Of a DNA stretch of 64,000 nt, positions 22,088 through 33,054 are shown piece after piece. Where the stretch lies: contig NIVC01000010.1 of assembly GCA_002269645.1 (NCBI GenBank), positions 1,116,001 to 1,180,000 of the forward strand, read 5' to 3'. This DNA comes from Macrostomum lignano. Lineage: Eukaryota. Under the pieces are notes generated by a model. It did not search any database and was not told where the DNA came from. It worked only from the letters and a program-made list of their open reading frames with translations. A program made the position numbers and the translations under genes. Every line of letters begins with the position of its first letter. The stretch's first letter is position 1.

Positions 22088-23245
22088 GGTACCACCTGCC
22101 TATGCAGGTCTGAATTGACATTCGAGTTTGGTAAATCCGAGATCAAAGTCCATACAGCGAATTCAACTGGCAAATTCCAGTGCAAAGCGTCAGCAGAAAG
22201 GTTATTCACAACTGTGTAAACCCGCCAGTTCGAACAAAAGCAAACTTGACATTGCAGCTACAAATGGTGTCGCATCGCATCGATTGCAGTTGAACTTTTC
22301 TGCTTTCCGGTTGCTGCCCTGAGGCGTCATCCTTCTTGCCCCTCCGCTTACCAAAGCGAGACGCCATGGTCTGCGCGGTGCCATTCCGAAGCGTGCCGTT
22401 GCTTCCACCGCTAAATCGCAAACCTGGAAAGTTCAACTTGTGGCAGGATGGAGATAGTCAGACTGCGAGAAAGAGAACCACCCCAACACCCAAGCCAGAC
22501 CCAAGCACTGTGCCGTGGAGTTCCAGGATGATTCACCTGAATTAGAATGACTTTATTTCCTTCTTTTCACGCCACAGACAGGCAAGCTGAAAGTACAAAT
22601 CTTGCAGCAAACTTGTGAAAAAGTTGTGTCTGGCTCCTACCGGCGCTCGCGTTAGCAATGTTAGCAAAAACATGTGTTTTCTCGAGCAGTTTTCGTGCTA
22701 CCTCTGTGCTTAGCTTGTTAGTTTCCACTCCAATTGTCTATTTCTAGCAATCCATGGCTGGGCAACATATCGTTGGACGCCAAATCTCGGCAGCCGCACA
22801 ATCTGTGCTAGCCTAAAAATGATGGAAGGATCGAGTGAAGAGGCTGCAAGTCTGGCGCGGGGGAAGAAGGATCTGGGTGGGTTTCGGCTTGAAGAACAGA
22901 TGCCGCGCGTTCTCCCCTTTTTCAAATCCCTTCTCGTCCGGTCCCTAACCACAGTCTGTTTGTCTCTCTCCAGCCAAGGCCAGATTTTCACCATTGCACA
23001 CAGCGAATTCCCAGTCGCAGCAAGCGAAATTTAGAAAGTCCAGCTTTGCTGAGAGATTAGTTGAAAAAAGCTGCATTTTTCGCGCTAATCAGTTCTGGGC
23101 AAGGAAAGGAATTGTTCTTTGGACTGTCACTTTTCTACACCCCGAAGTTAAATGAGTGATTGCAATCTCCATAGCCCTGCGACTTAAGGCGGCCACTGCT
23201 TAGAGTCAGAGACAGAGAGTCGAAGGGAAGCTAACAAAGCAGAAC

Positions 23246-26200
23246 ATGGCTCAGCAATTTGCCACTCTGCCCCGGGGTCGGCGCGGCAAGATGGCAGCCG
23301 TCGAGAATTCAACCGGTGCGGACAGCCCCCACTCGGGGTTGAGCAGCAGCCCGGACTCCGAGCTGTTCCACTTGCTGCTTGAAGCCGGCCTGGATCGGCA
23401 CTTCGCAGCGCTCAACAGGCGACTCCAGCGCCTGACGTCACCCTCCGAACTGCAGGCCAGCTTGTCGTCGCGTCGATTTTGCGACGCCCTTCGCAGCTGT
23501 TTGAGTGTCGAAGAGATTCAACGGCTGCGTCAACGACTAACGTCGGAACAGCGACGACGCAGCGTCTCACTGATGGGTCGGGCGCTGCGCCGCCTGCTGC
23601 CCGGAGGTTCCGGATTCGCGCAGGAGCGAACTAGGACCGTGGCTTCGTTGACTCTGCCGAAAGCGACGGGATCGTCCTCGTCAACGATCCAGGCTGTGCC
23701 GACGATACCGGAGCAGTGCCTTCGGATGGGCGGTCAGCTGTCGAAGTCTCTGCGCCAGGCCTCCTGGCTTCCCTTCGGAGAGTCCGGCCAAGAAGCAGCG
23801 GTTCCGGTGGCCGTGCGGGCCACAGCTGTCAAACTGAATGCCGCCTCTATTGAGAAATTGTTCAGCTTGAAGCATCGAAGCATTGTGGGACTCCTGGGAC
23901 TGACTGAGGAGACCGACACTGCTGGTCAGATACTGCTGGTGATGGAGCTCGCTCCGTTTGGGTGCGTTGGAATTTTTGAAATCCATCATGGAAAGAATAT
24001 GTAGTTATGATGATGACGCAATGAGAGGCAGGGGCTGTGTGCACCCGGCGCACTTTGAGCGACATTGTCACACAACCGACGAGAGGCATTACTGCCAATT
24101 CCGCCGATTCCCCTGAGCAGGCATACAAGCGCAAGGATACGTACGCAGTCATAGGCACAGGCACACACTCACACAGGAGTGCACAGTGGCCCTAACTTTA
24201 TTTATCGTTAGGCATGTACACTTCTCTGTGCCTTGGGGGTTGGCCATCAAGGGCGTTAATTACACAAGCAGAGCCAAGCCGAAATTCCAATTTAGCCCTA
24301 AACCTAATGTGACTGCACTTGGAATCGAGCCTGGGTCGCAGGCACCTCAGAGCGCCGTGCTAGACCACTGGGCTACGGCCCCCTAGCAACAACATTTAAC
24401 GCCCTGTTTGCAAGTCAATGTAGGGATTTTGAGGTTTGTTAATCTGATCACTGGTATAGCGATAGATGGTTGAATATCATTGATAGATAATACATGCACA
24501 CTGCTAAGCCAGTCAAAAATTAATTGAAAAAATACTCAAACTTACGTGTACCTGTATAGGTGAGCTTAACTGTAGCGACCACAAAAAACACATTGCATAT
24601 TAAAATTGAGAAACGATTCCACACACATTTCAGCACACAACTCAGAAAACTTAACAAGACGTGGAAAACAAATAGTTTTCTAAGATAATCTTCATCATGG
24701 ACAAACTGACATTATCCTAAAGATCTACACTACAGACAAATTTACTCCATGGACATAGTTGACATAAAAAATATTGCCAACATGACAAAGCCGTGGGACC
24801 ATCGGACAAACACAAGCGACAAATTGTCTCAGCGATGCCATCTTCGAATCCCGCTTCCAACTCCAGCTCCCTGCTCGACTGTCTCCAAGAGCGCCGTCTC
24901 CGCGCCCTGCTTCATCCGGGCGTTTTGTGCTCCCTAGCGCAGCAGCTGGCCGAGGCCATGTCCTACCTGGAGAACCGGAGCCAGCCTCACGGACACCTGT
25001 CTGCCAGCCGTGTCCTCGTGTTCGCCTTAGACAGAGTGAAACTCATCCACCCTGCAGGCCTTAACAGCGGTTGGGACGAAAAGTCACCAGGAACTTTTTT
25101 GAGTCGTCATGAAGTTTGGTATGGCCGAGGACAAGTTGTAGTGTACAATATCTGTACAAGCTTTTGACACAGTGATTTTTGAAGATTGCCCTAGGGAGTA
25201 TTTAAAATATTAGTAATTAATGCAGTTAGAATAAACCTACGCCATGTCTACCACCGAATTTTCTTCCAAAAAGGCCCGCACCTGAAACCAGTCAAGGAGG
25301 TGGTTCGCCAAGCATCTCAGCAGATGTGTGGTCCTTCGGCGTCACCCTCTGGGAGATGTTCTCCTACGGGCGGCGGCCTTCGCCGTTGTCTGACTACGCC
25401 AGTCAGCTGCCAGCCTGTCCTGACGCCTGTCCCGCCAGGCTCTACCGCGACGTGATGCTCAGCCGTTGCTGGCAGCTTGAACCCACTCGACGGGCGAGCT
25501 TCTCTCAGTTGGCGCTGCACCTGCCGAAGATTCTGCCGGAGCGCCGTATTGCTACGCGCAACCAACCGAAGCTATTGCCAAACGACCTTGAATTGCACCT
25601 CGGCGACGTCATTGTTGTTCTTGACGACGACCGCAATTCCGACGACGGTTATCAGAGATGCTTCGGCGCTAGAATCCCTTCAGAAGAATTTGAGATCGAT
25701 GACAAAGATTTAGGCAACGACGTTATTGCTGTCGGTAGGTTCAATTGGAGCACCACGGCGCCGCTAGACCCTGGCGCTGCAACTACGCCAGCTACAAAAG
25801 GCACATTGTCGTCCAGGGTGACGAGGCGCGCCACGCTGAGCAGTTCGTACGCGAGGGAGTTCGGGCAGAAGATCAGTCGCTTCAAAAGTGAGTTGCTTGC
25901 AGTGGAGAGTAGGGAAAAGTCGTAAAATTGTACGAATTGTTTAATTACTTTTGTCTGAACTGAACTTACTTCAAATGGTTTACTGCCAATGATTAAACTG
26001 GTCATCCTTCCTGAACCTGCTCATATACTGTACATGTATTTTTCCTTAAAACCCTATCGTTAAGCCATTCCGAACTCCGTTGCAAGTCACACCTAAACCT
26101 TGGGGGCAACATGGCTGGCTCTCGCGCCTTGCACGACCCCTGGTTGTTATCTCTGAACCTACGTGTTTTCATTCCACCAATCCAGAGATAAGTCCTTGAA

Positions 26201-28143
26201 ACTTAATTAAAGTGACAACATCCTTGTGTTTCTCAGTTCTTCCTCAAGTGATTTTTTAGCCTGAACTGAATACTAACCCGTTTTCCTAACTTTGCTGCCT
26301 TTTGGCTGTTTCAATCCAGAAGCGGCCCAGTCCAGGCTTCTGCACCAGTCGCCCCTGACACCTGGGTCGTCGGATCTTCGTCTTGAGCAGCATCAGCAGG
26401 ACGCCGAAGCTCCAGCCAGCGACCTCCTTTGCCCTCATCCTCGCCGCCGTCGGGTCACCTCCGACATGATCTCGGAGCCAACACGGACGGAGTTTCGTCA
26501 CGCCGGTCATGTCGGCGCCGACGGCACGGTCTTCGGCGACGTGTCCTGCCTGGCGGAGCTCGAGCTGACGCCGACCTGCGAGCCGCCGCCACCGCAGCAG
26601 CAGCAGCTTGCTGAGGAAGTCGCAGCTGATGCATCCGACAGCGCCTCGTCGATTGTTTATCGTCGCCGTCAGGTCAGTCGGCAGGTTGAAAGCCTTCGCG
26701 AGCAGTCGGGCTACTGCCGCCTGGGCTCGAGTCTCAGTCTGGGCGTCGATTCCGTGGGCGTCGCTTCGTCGGCCGCCAGCATCGAAGACGACTATCGGCT
26801 TGACGGTGATGAAGTCTCGACGTCGGATGGCGTCGCACTGTTGGATGCTGGAGACGGTAGCGACCACGGCACATCGTTGATAGATGAGATTATGCAGGCC
26901 TGGGGCTCAGCAACCGCCTGCGGTGGCGTAGATCCCGGCACCGAGTCCAGCTGCCCTATTGTCGCTGAAAAGGACGATTCCCCTGAAAACGGTGAGTTCC
27001 CGTCCGGAGAAATCGGCCATCTTGAAAGTGTGCGTCAGCGGACGCTAGTCTTAATGTCCGCAGAAATCCGGAAAGTCTATGGCACTAAACAAAATAATTA
27101 AGGGCTGGTCAGAAATCAGATATTTAAATTAAAAACGTAAGCAGAGCCAAAAAGAATGTTCTGAGGGGTTGCTGACTCCGGAAGTTCAGGGGTTGGCAAA
27201 AGTTTTGTTTCAAGGGCTAGATGAAGAATCTAGCGCATGACTCCCGGCCAGAGGAAGGGAAAGAGAAGAGGGAATAGGGGAGAAAAGAGGAGAGAGTGGT
27301 AAGGAGAGCTGAGAAGAGACACAAAACTTATTCGGGCCTGACTGCTAGCTCGTAATGTGAAGTTTCAAAGGACCCGAGGCCCGGATAGAGAGTTTGCCGA
27401 ACCCTTGACTAAAGCGTTCAATGCAAGAAGACCCAGGAGCACCAAAATTTGGAAAACAGGGCTGTAATGCTTTAAAAAAGCAAAATTACAAAACTTCGAG
27501 ACGTCCTAGACTCGCATCAAGTCCCGTAGATCAATCCTGAATATTTACCACATTTTCAGCTCCGGACAACCAACCAGTTGAATGTCTGAAAGTGCAGGCC
27601 ATGGCGAAGACTTCAGACAAGGACAGCTTCAGTGACTGCAGCCACTGCAGCACCAACAGCGGCTGCTGCACAGATGCCAGGTGCGCCGAGCGAACTGCGA
27701 CAACTCCAATGAGTAGCGTTAGCTCTCTGAATGAGCCTAGCAACGTGCCTAGCAATCCGCCTAGCAACGCATCAACCAACGCTGCTGGCAACGCGCCTAG
27801 CAACGAACCTAGCAACGTATCTAGAAGCGCTAGGCAACCCAGGCAGCACAATTGCACATCGGCGCTGTTCTGCTCATCGCCAATCAGCATCTCTCCGGTG
27901 TGCTCAAGCAGCGTGAGCAGCTTAGACAGTCCGGTGTCGCAGCGGGCGGAGGCTGCCGCGCACTCAAGCAGCAGCCGAATCCATCATCATCACAAACCGC
28001 AGCTGCTGCAGCCGCCGCCGCCTCTGTTGCATCTGGCAGCGGTCAATGCGTCCGAGGCTCGGACAGTGGAAAGCAGCTTGATCGGCGAGGCGAGTTTGCT
28101 GCTGTTGTCTGTGCATTCATTTCAGTTTACAGAGCGGCTATAG
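23246..28143 (+). CDS. ACK/TNK2-like SAM-(pseudo)kinase-SH3-like-CRIB protein, about 945 aa; 3' end uncertain
   Basis: Exons 23246-23961, 24867-25118, 25274-25887, 26320-26991, 27560-28143; phases 2,2,1,1 are consistent; 2838 nt. SAM-like LFHLLLEAGLDRHF; kinase fold LVMELAPFGSLLD, LAEAMSYLE, WPAPE, DVWSFGVTLWEMFSYG, CWQLEPTRRASF; SH3-like DLELHLGDVIVVL; CRIB ISEPTRTEFRHAGHVG. This domain order is diagnostic of the ACK family. Extra 3' exons (e.g. 28569-28610) are possible. Confidence 0.85.
24035..24385 (-). mobile_element. Full-length tRNA-derived SINE family A copy in ACK-like intron 1
   Basis: Reverse complement begins GGGGGCCGTAGCCCAGTGGTCTAG and ends GCACACAGCCCCTGCC, as in 42798-43146. 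Confidence 0.82.
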
Positions 28144-29783
28144 TTAGTGATCAGGGGAGGGGCTCTGACCGCTGCTCCGAATCGGAGGCGACGGCCGACC
28201 TGCAGACAGCGAGTTGGAAAGCAGTGACTCCCGTTCCGCTGACCATCGTAGCCCAAGAAGGAACTCTTTAACTTTTTAGCACTAAATAGTCGAAATTCCA
28301 CCCTCAGGGCTTCCAATATTCATACCGTATAATGCCGGTACGTGGTCAATTACACATACAGCGGCACTAATCGCACGAAATTCATCGACAAGTTCCAGAC
28401 CAATTCCCGTGCGACCGCGCACGGATTCGAACTACTGTATTACCGCTATTAAAGTTCCTCCGCTCCAAAGCTCAGCACATTTTTTCGCAAAACTCATGCA
28501 TTTCTACTAGCGAGTTTTTAGTAGTGTAATGCGGATTATTCTTGAAAATGTTTCTTTCTATTTTACAGAGTGGAGCTGCCGACTACGAAGAAGACATCGT
28601 GAATATGTGATAATATACATTGTGGTCACCATCACCGGTCGTTGTGTAAACAACCTGTTAGATTGAGCCACAAAACAGAGATATGACAATATGTAATGTG
28701 ACCTATTGGCAATTTTTCCTTAGAAAGAAGAGTAAGGAATATCCACCCAGTTTTGCCAGCCGTTATCGCCAGTAAACCGGCTTGGATGGGTTGCCGATAT
28801 GTAGTGCAAATAACTTTTTCACTGTAGGCTATAGATATTGCATGAATTTTGCAACAAAAAACTTCTGACGCTGGGTAGGTCAATGCAGGTAAAGTTTGTC
28901 GGAATGTTTTCACATGTATATTTCCTTAGCAAACCCTTGCTTGCCTCGTTGCACTGACTTTGTGAGCAGATACAGCATGCTATAAATATACCATTACGTC
29001 ACGCATAATCCTGGATTCACTGTTGGTTAAGAAATTAATTTTAGTTTCACTGTTGAGGAAGCTATGGTGCTATATAGACAATACTATGGGGCTATGGACA
29101 CGTACATGTATCTTTAGCAGTGTGACACCAGAAGCAAGGATGTTCTCGAAGTCTTAAGTAAGTGAAAACATGAAAAATATAAAGATGGCAATCAAACTCG
29201 GGTTCACATCGCGAGTAGGCATCTAAACAATTATACTCTGTGGTTGCGTATTAATATTAATATTCATTTCGGTAAAATATACATATGGTACTACAGCAAA
29301 GTACTTCAATAAATTCGATACCCCCATGCAGCCAGTTAACGCATTGAGCGAATATGCAAGAAATTATATTAAACACAGAAAGTCTCTAGTGTAGTGAATT
29401 AATTCTGGTAGACACGGATACGCACGTGTACAAAAATATTTGAATCCAACAAGCTCAATTCAGTTAAAATAATAATAATTGCCCAACTGCCGCTCATGCA
29501 GTCAGTTAAAACAAATTGAGTAAAGCAAAGCACTCGCATTTGAGACCATTCCGGAGCTGAAAAGGACGACTGAGATACTTGAGTGACAATCAGGATGAGA
29601 CCAGTGAAAGACGGAAAAAGGCAACTAAAAAATGCATGCAATAAGAGTCGCTCAAACAACCTTTAAAAACGTTGCTTCGATAGGCAAAACAATCTGGTCG
29701 TTGTAAATGAGTTGTGAGTAAACTTTGTTCCCTTCTCAACCTGCCGCGTTTGTGAAAAAGACTTTGCAACTATTAGCATCGAG

Positions 29784-31043
29784 TCACAGCTTCCTACCAA
29801 CATTGGGTGCTGTTGACAGCTGCATTCTGGCAGCTCGACTGTTGCACTGCCTGCTGCTGCCGATCTGCTTGGATACCGAGTTCACGAGTCTTCTGTTGGA
29901 CGACTGCTGTAGCTGAACCTGTGGATCCGCGTCCGAGTTCTGCTGGCCGAGGTCTTGCGGCTGCTGCTCCTCATGAGGGTTCTTATCCTTGACCTGTTGT
30001 TGTTGTTGTTGCTGCTGTTGCTGTTGTTGCTGCTGTTGCTGTTGATGCTGCTGCATCAGTGCCAGCTGGTGCTGAGGATGCCGAAGTTCCTTGCTGATGA
30101 AGCGCTCCATCCTGGCGTAGCTCTCCGGTCTCCGCAGCGTGTCCATGTGCTCGCCTTCAACTAGCCACAGTGGCTCCCGCTTGCAGTGCTCCGGTATTCG
30201 TTCGTACAGCTCCTTGGCGTCGTGCAGCTGAATCATCTTGTCATTGTCGCCGTGAATCAGTAGACAAGGCGAAGTGATGCCCTCAATCTTCTTGATGTTT
30301 AGGTAGGGCTTGATCTTGCCGCACATGATCTGGTCCGAGCTCGTCATGGTGGCCATGCCGGACCGGACGGCCGAGTCCAGGATGACGCCGGCCACCCGTT
30401 CTTGGCAGGCCAGGTGGATGCTGGGACAACTGCCGATGGAGCTGCCCATTACAATGACATTCCTAGACGACAGGTGAAAACGTTCGAGCATGTCCTTGTA
30501 GACTGACTCGATGTTTCGGTAGAGATTTCTCTCGGACGGTCGCCCGGTGCTCCAGCCGTAGCCGCTGTAGTCGTAAGCCAGCACGTTGACGCGGAGGTTT
30601 CTGGACAGCATGAACAGATAGGGGCACATGTAGCCATTGTCCGAGCTGTTAGAGTGCGAGTACAAGATTGTGTAGCCGCGGCTGGGCACTTTAGTGTAGC
30701 GGATGTACATGCACACGAGCTGGTGCGAGTACTCAGTCTCCAGCCGGTAGCTGTACACGTGGCTGTCTACTATGAAGTCCAAGCCGACAAAGCAGGACAG
30801 TTGCATTTTGATCTCGTCATTGAACTTGTCAGCCGAGCTGGTTTGGATGCCAGACTCGAGAGCCAGGTGCGGCAGCCACTGCAGTCTGCGCTGTTTGCCT
30901 ACCGGCACCTTGGTCTCAATCTCGTAGCCGGCCTCTGATGGCGGGAACAGCGAGGCCTTGGCAACGATGCTCGGCGGCCATGGAGGGCAAATCATTGGAC
31001 AAATGAAACAGCAGCAGACTTTCAGCTTCTCGAAGCAGGGCAT
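29784..31043 (-). CDS. ABHD17: ABHD17-like alpha/beta hydrolase (protein depalmitoylase), intronless, with polyQ tail, 419 aa
   Basis: N-terminal Cys cluster CCCFICPMICPPWPPSIVAKASLFPP (ABHD17 signature), TILYSHSNSSD, YDYSGYGWSTGRPSERNLY, nucleophile GSSIG, LIHGDND and GEH triad motifs. Confidence 0.9.
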   Translation of the reverse strand: MPCFEKLKVCCCFICPMICPPWPPSIVAKASLFPPSEAGYEIETKVPVGKQRRLQWLPHLALESGIQTSSADKFNDEIKMQLSCFVGLDFIVDSHVYSYRLETEYSHQLVCMYIRYTKVPSRGYTILYSHSNSSDNGYMCPYLFMLSRNLRVNVLAYDYSGYGWSTGRPSERNLYRNIESVYKDMLERFHLSSRNVIVMGSSIGSCPSIHLACQERVAGVILDSAVRSGMATMTSSDQIMCGKIKPYLNIKKIEGITSPCLLIHGDNDKMIQLHDAKELYERIPEHCKREPLWLVEGEHMDTLRRPESYARMERFISKELRHPQHQLALMQQHQQQQQQQQQQQQQQQQQVKDKNPHEEQQPQDLGQQNSDADPQVQLQQSSNRRLVNSVSKQIGSSRQCNSRAARMQLSTAPNVGRKL

Positions 31044-31445
31044 TGCTGATTAAAACTTATGATGGTATACTAACTGAAAATCTTCCTTAATTAAATATTG
31101 ATCAGCTATTTCTCGACAAAACTAGACTTAATTGACTTGCGAAGCGACTGTATGACTCAAGGCATTCGATGAGTTTTCAGCCATAGACAATAAATTGCTA
31201 ATCCGATTGATCCAGGTGCGCTAATATAATCCATTCTTCAAAGGGGATCAAGCCATATCTAATGACCGTATTTCTCTGAGGCACAACCACATGCACAGAT
31301 ACTACAATAACTAGATGAGCCACTCAGGCATATTTACATAGTAAAACAGCTTTCTACTTTCAGTTCAGTACCAAAGAAGTACCTGAGATGACTTTGATAA
31401 GTTTAGAAGTTCAAGCTTGCATGCAGTCGTAAACAGCTTGCTAAT

Positions 31446-31818
31446 CATGGATGAATGAATAGAATGGATTGCTATTCTGGCTCTGGCTATTTTCGTTTTT
31501 GACTCTTTTGCATCCAGTTCCCCCCCGTGCCTTTTCATTGGTTGATGATTGCCATAGACAATTTTCGGCCTTTGCCCCTTTCTTTCGATGCACAAGCGCT
31601 TTCTTGTTAGTAAATAGAAGTTACTTGTGTTGAAATTGAACTTTGTTGAAATTCTCAGTTCTTTGCGCTTGTGCATCGAAAGAAAGGGGCGAAGGCCGAA
31701 AATTGTCTATGGCAATCATCAACCAATGAAAAGGCACGGGGGGGAACTGGATGCAAAAGAGTCAAAAATGAAAATAGCCAGAGCCAGAATAGCAATCCAT
31801 TCTATTCATTCATCCATG
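31446..31818. mobile_element. Non-autonomous hAT-type MITE, 373 bp, about 154-bp TIRs, 8-bp TSD TTGCTAAT
   Basis: TIRs 31446-31599 and 31665-31818 (CATGGATG...CATCCATG). TTGCTAAT at 31438-31445 and 31819-31826, and present once in the empty copy near 3583. An 8-bp TSD with a CA terminus fits hAT. Confidence 0.85.
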
Positions 31819-31963
31819 TTGCTAATTGGTTCAGCAATAATGTACATTGGCTAGTCCACTGAAATGTACATGGCAGCTTTAGACTGGAATTCCCGAGAAA
31901 ATCAATAAAAATTGGGGCGGGGCGGAGAGGGTAGGGTGGAAGGACGCGATTGGGGGGTTTAAG

Positions 31964-33054
31964 GGGTACCTCTCATTTCGCCGATTCTCGTTTCGCCGAT
32001 TCTCGTTTCGCCGAATCTCATTTCGCCAATTCTCGTTTCTCCGAATCTCATTTCGCCACAATTCTCGTTTCGCCGACATTCTCATTTCGCCGATTCTCGT
32101 TTCGCCGACATTCTCATTTCGCCGATTCTCGGTTCGCCGAAATTAGTTTCATAACCATCTGGACAATAGACCATAGACAACTACACTAATGCAAGTGTGA
32201 TTTAGATTTCTATGGCTTGAAAAATAAAGTTAAAATTAGGAATTCTTCCTTCTGTATAGTCTAAGGTAATCCTTCTGCATAGTCTATGGTAAAAAGTCTA
32301 TAGCCAGTGGTATATATGTATGGTAGGAGGTTGAGGAATAACATCCAACTTTCAAGCAAACGCACCATGGCTCAAGCAGCACTACAATTAGCTACTTTTG
32401 TCCCAAGTTCGCGTGGAGGGCAGCTGCTTCACATTATGGGATATTATCAGAGTTCGGCTATCAGCAGAGCTCTGGAAAAGCGACAGAAAATTGTCGGTAG
32501 AGACTCTGACATTCCAGCGGTACGCAACAACCCGCAGACGGTTGAGAGAAGGCAAGAGTTTGTCCAATGGCTCACGAGTGTTTGGACCAAATTGATGCTT
32601 GTTGGACCAAATTAAATGCTGCTGTGCCAGCCTTGCTACCATAGACAAAAGCTCCGTTACATTGGCAAACGTATCTTGGATTAAATTCAATGCCCGTAAG
32701 CCCAAATGGGCTGCAAAAAGCTATATTACCAATACAATACTTTATTTTTCAAGCCATAGACATCTAAATCACACTTGCATTAGTGTAGTTGTCTATTGTC
32801 TAATGTCCAGATGGTTATGAAACTAATTTCGGCGAACCGAGAATCGGCGAAATGAGAATGTCGGCGAACCGAGAATCGGCGAAATGAGAATGTCGGCGAA
32901 CCGAGAATCGGCGAAATGAGAATCGGCGAAATGAGAATGTCGGCGAACCGAGAATCGGCGAAATGAGAATGTCGGCGAACCGAGAATCGGCGAAATGAGA
33001 ATGTCGGCGAACCGAGAATCGGCGAAATGAGAATCGGCGAAATGAGAGGTACCC
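31964..33054. mobile_element. Foldback/Mutator (MULE)-type element, 1091 bp, long TIRs with internal tandem subrepeats, 9-bp TSD GGGTTTAAG
   Basis: Ends GGGTACCTCTCATTTCGCCG / CGGCGAAATGAGAGGTACCC; TIRs about 270-310 bp. TSD at 31955-31963 and 33055-33063. Internal remnant FVPSSRGGQLLHIMGY resembles the FLYWCH start of MULE transposases. Confidence 0.82.

Noticed and set aside
22128-23034. Short ORFs upstream of the ACK-like gene
   Set aside because: No recognisable motifs and no phase-consistent exon chain; likely UTR or promoter sequence.
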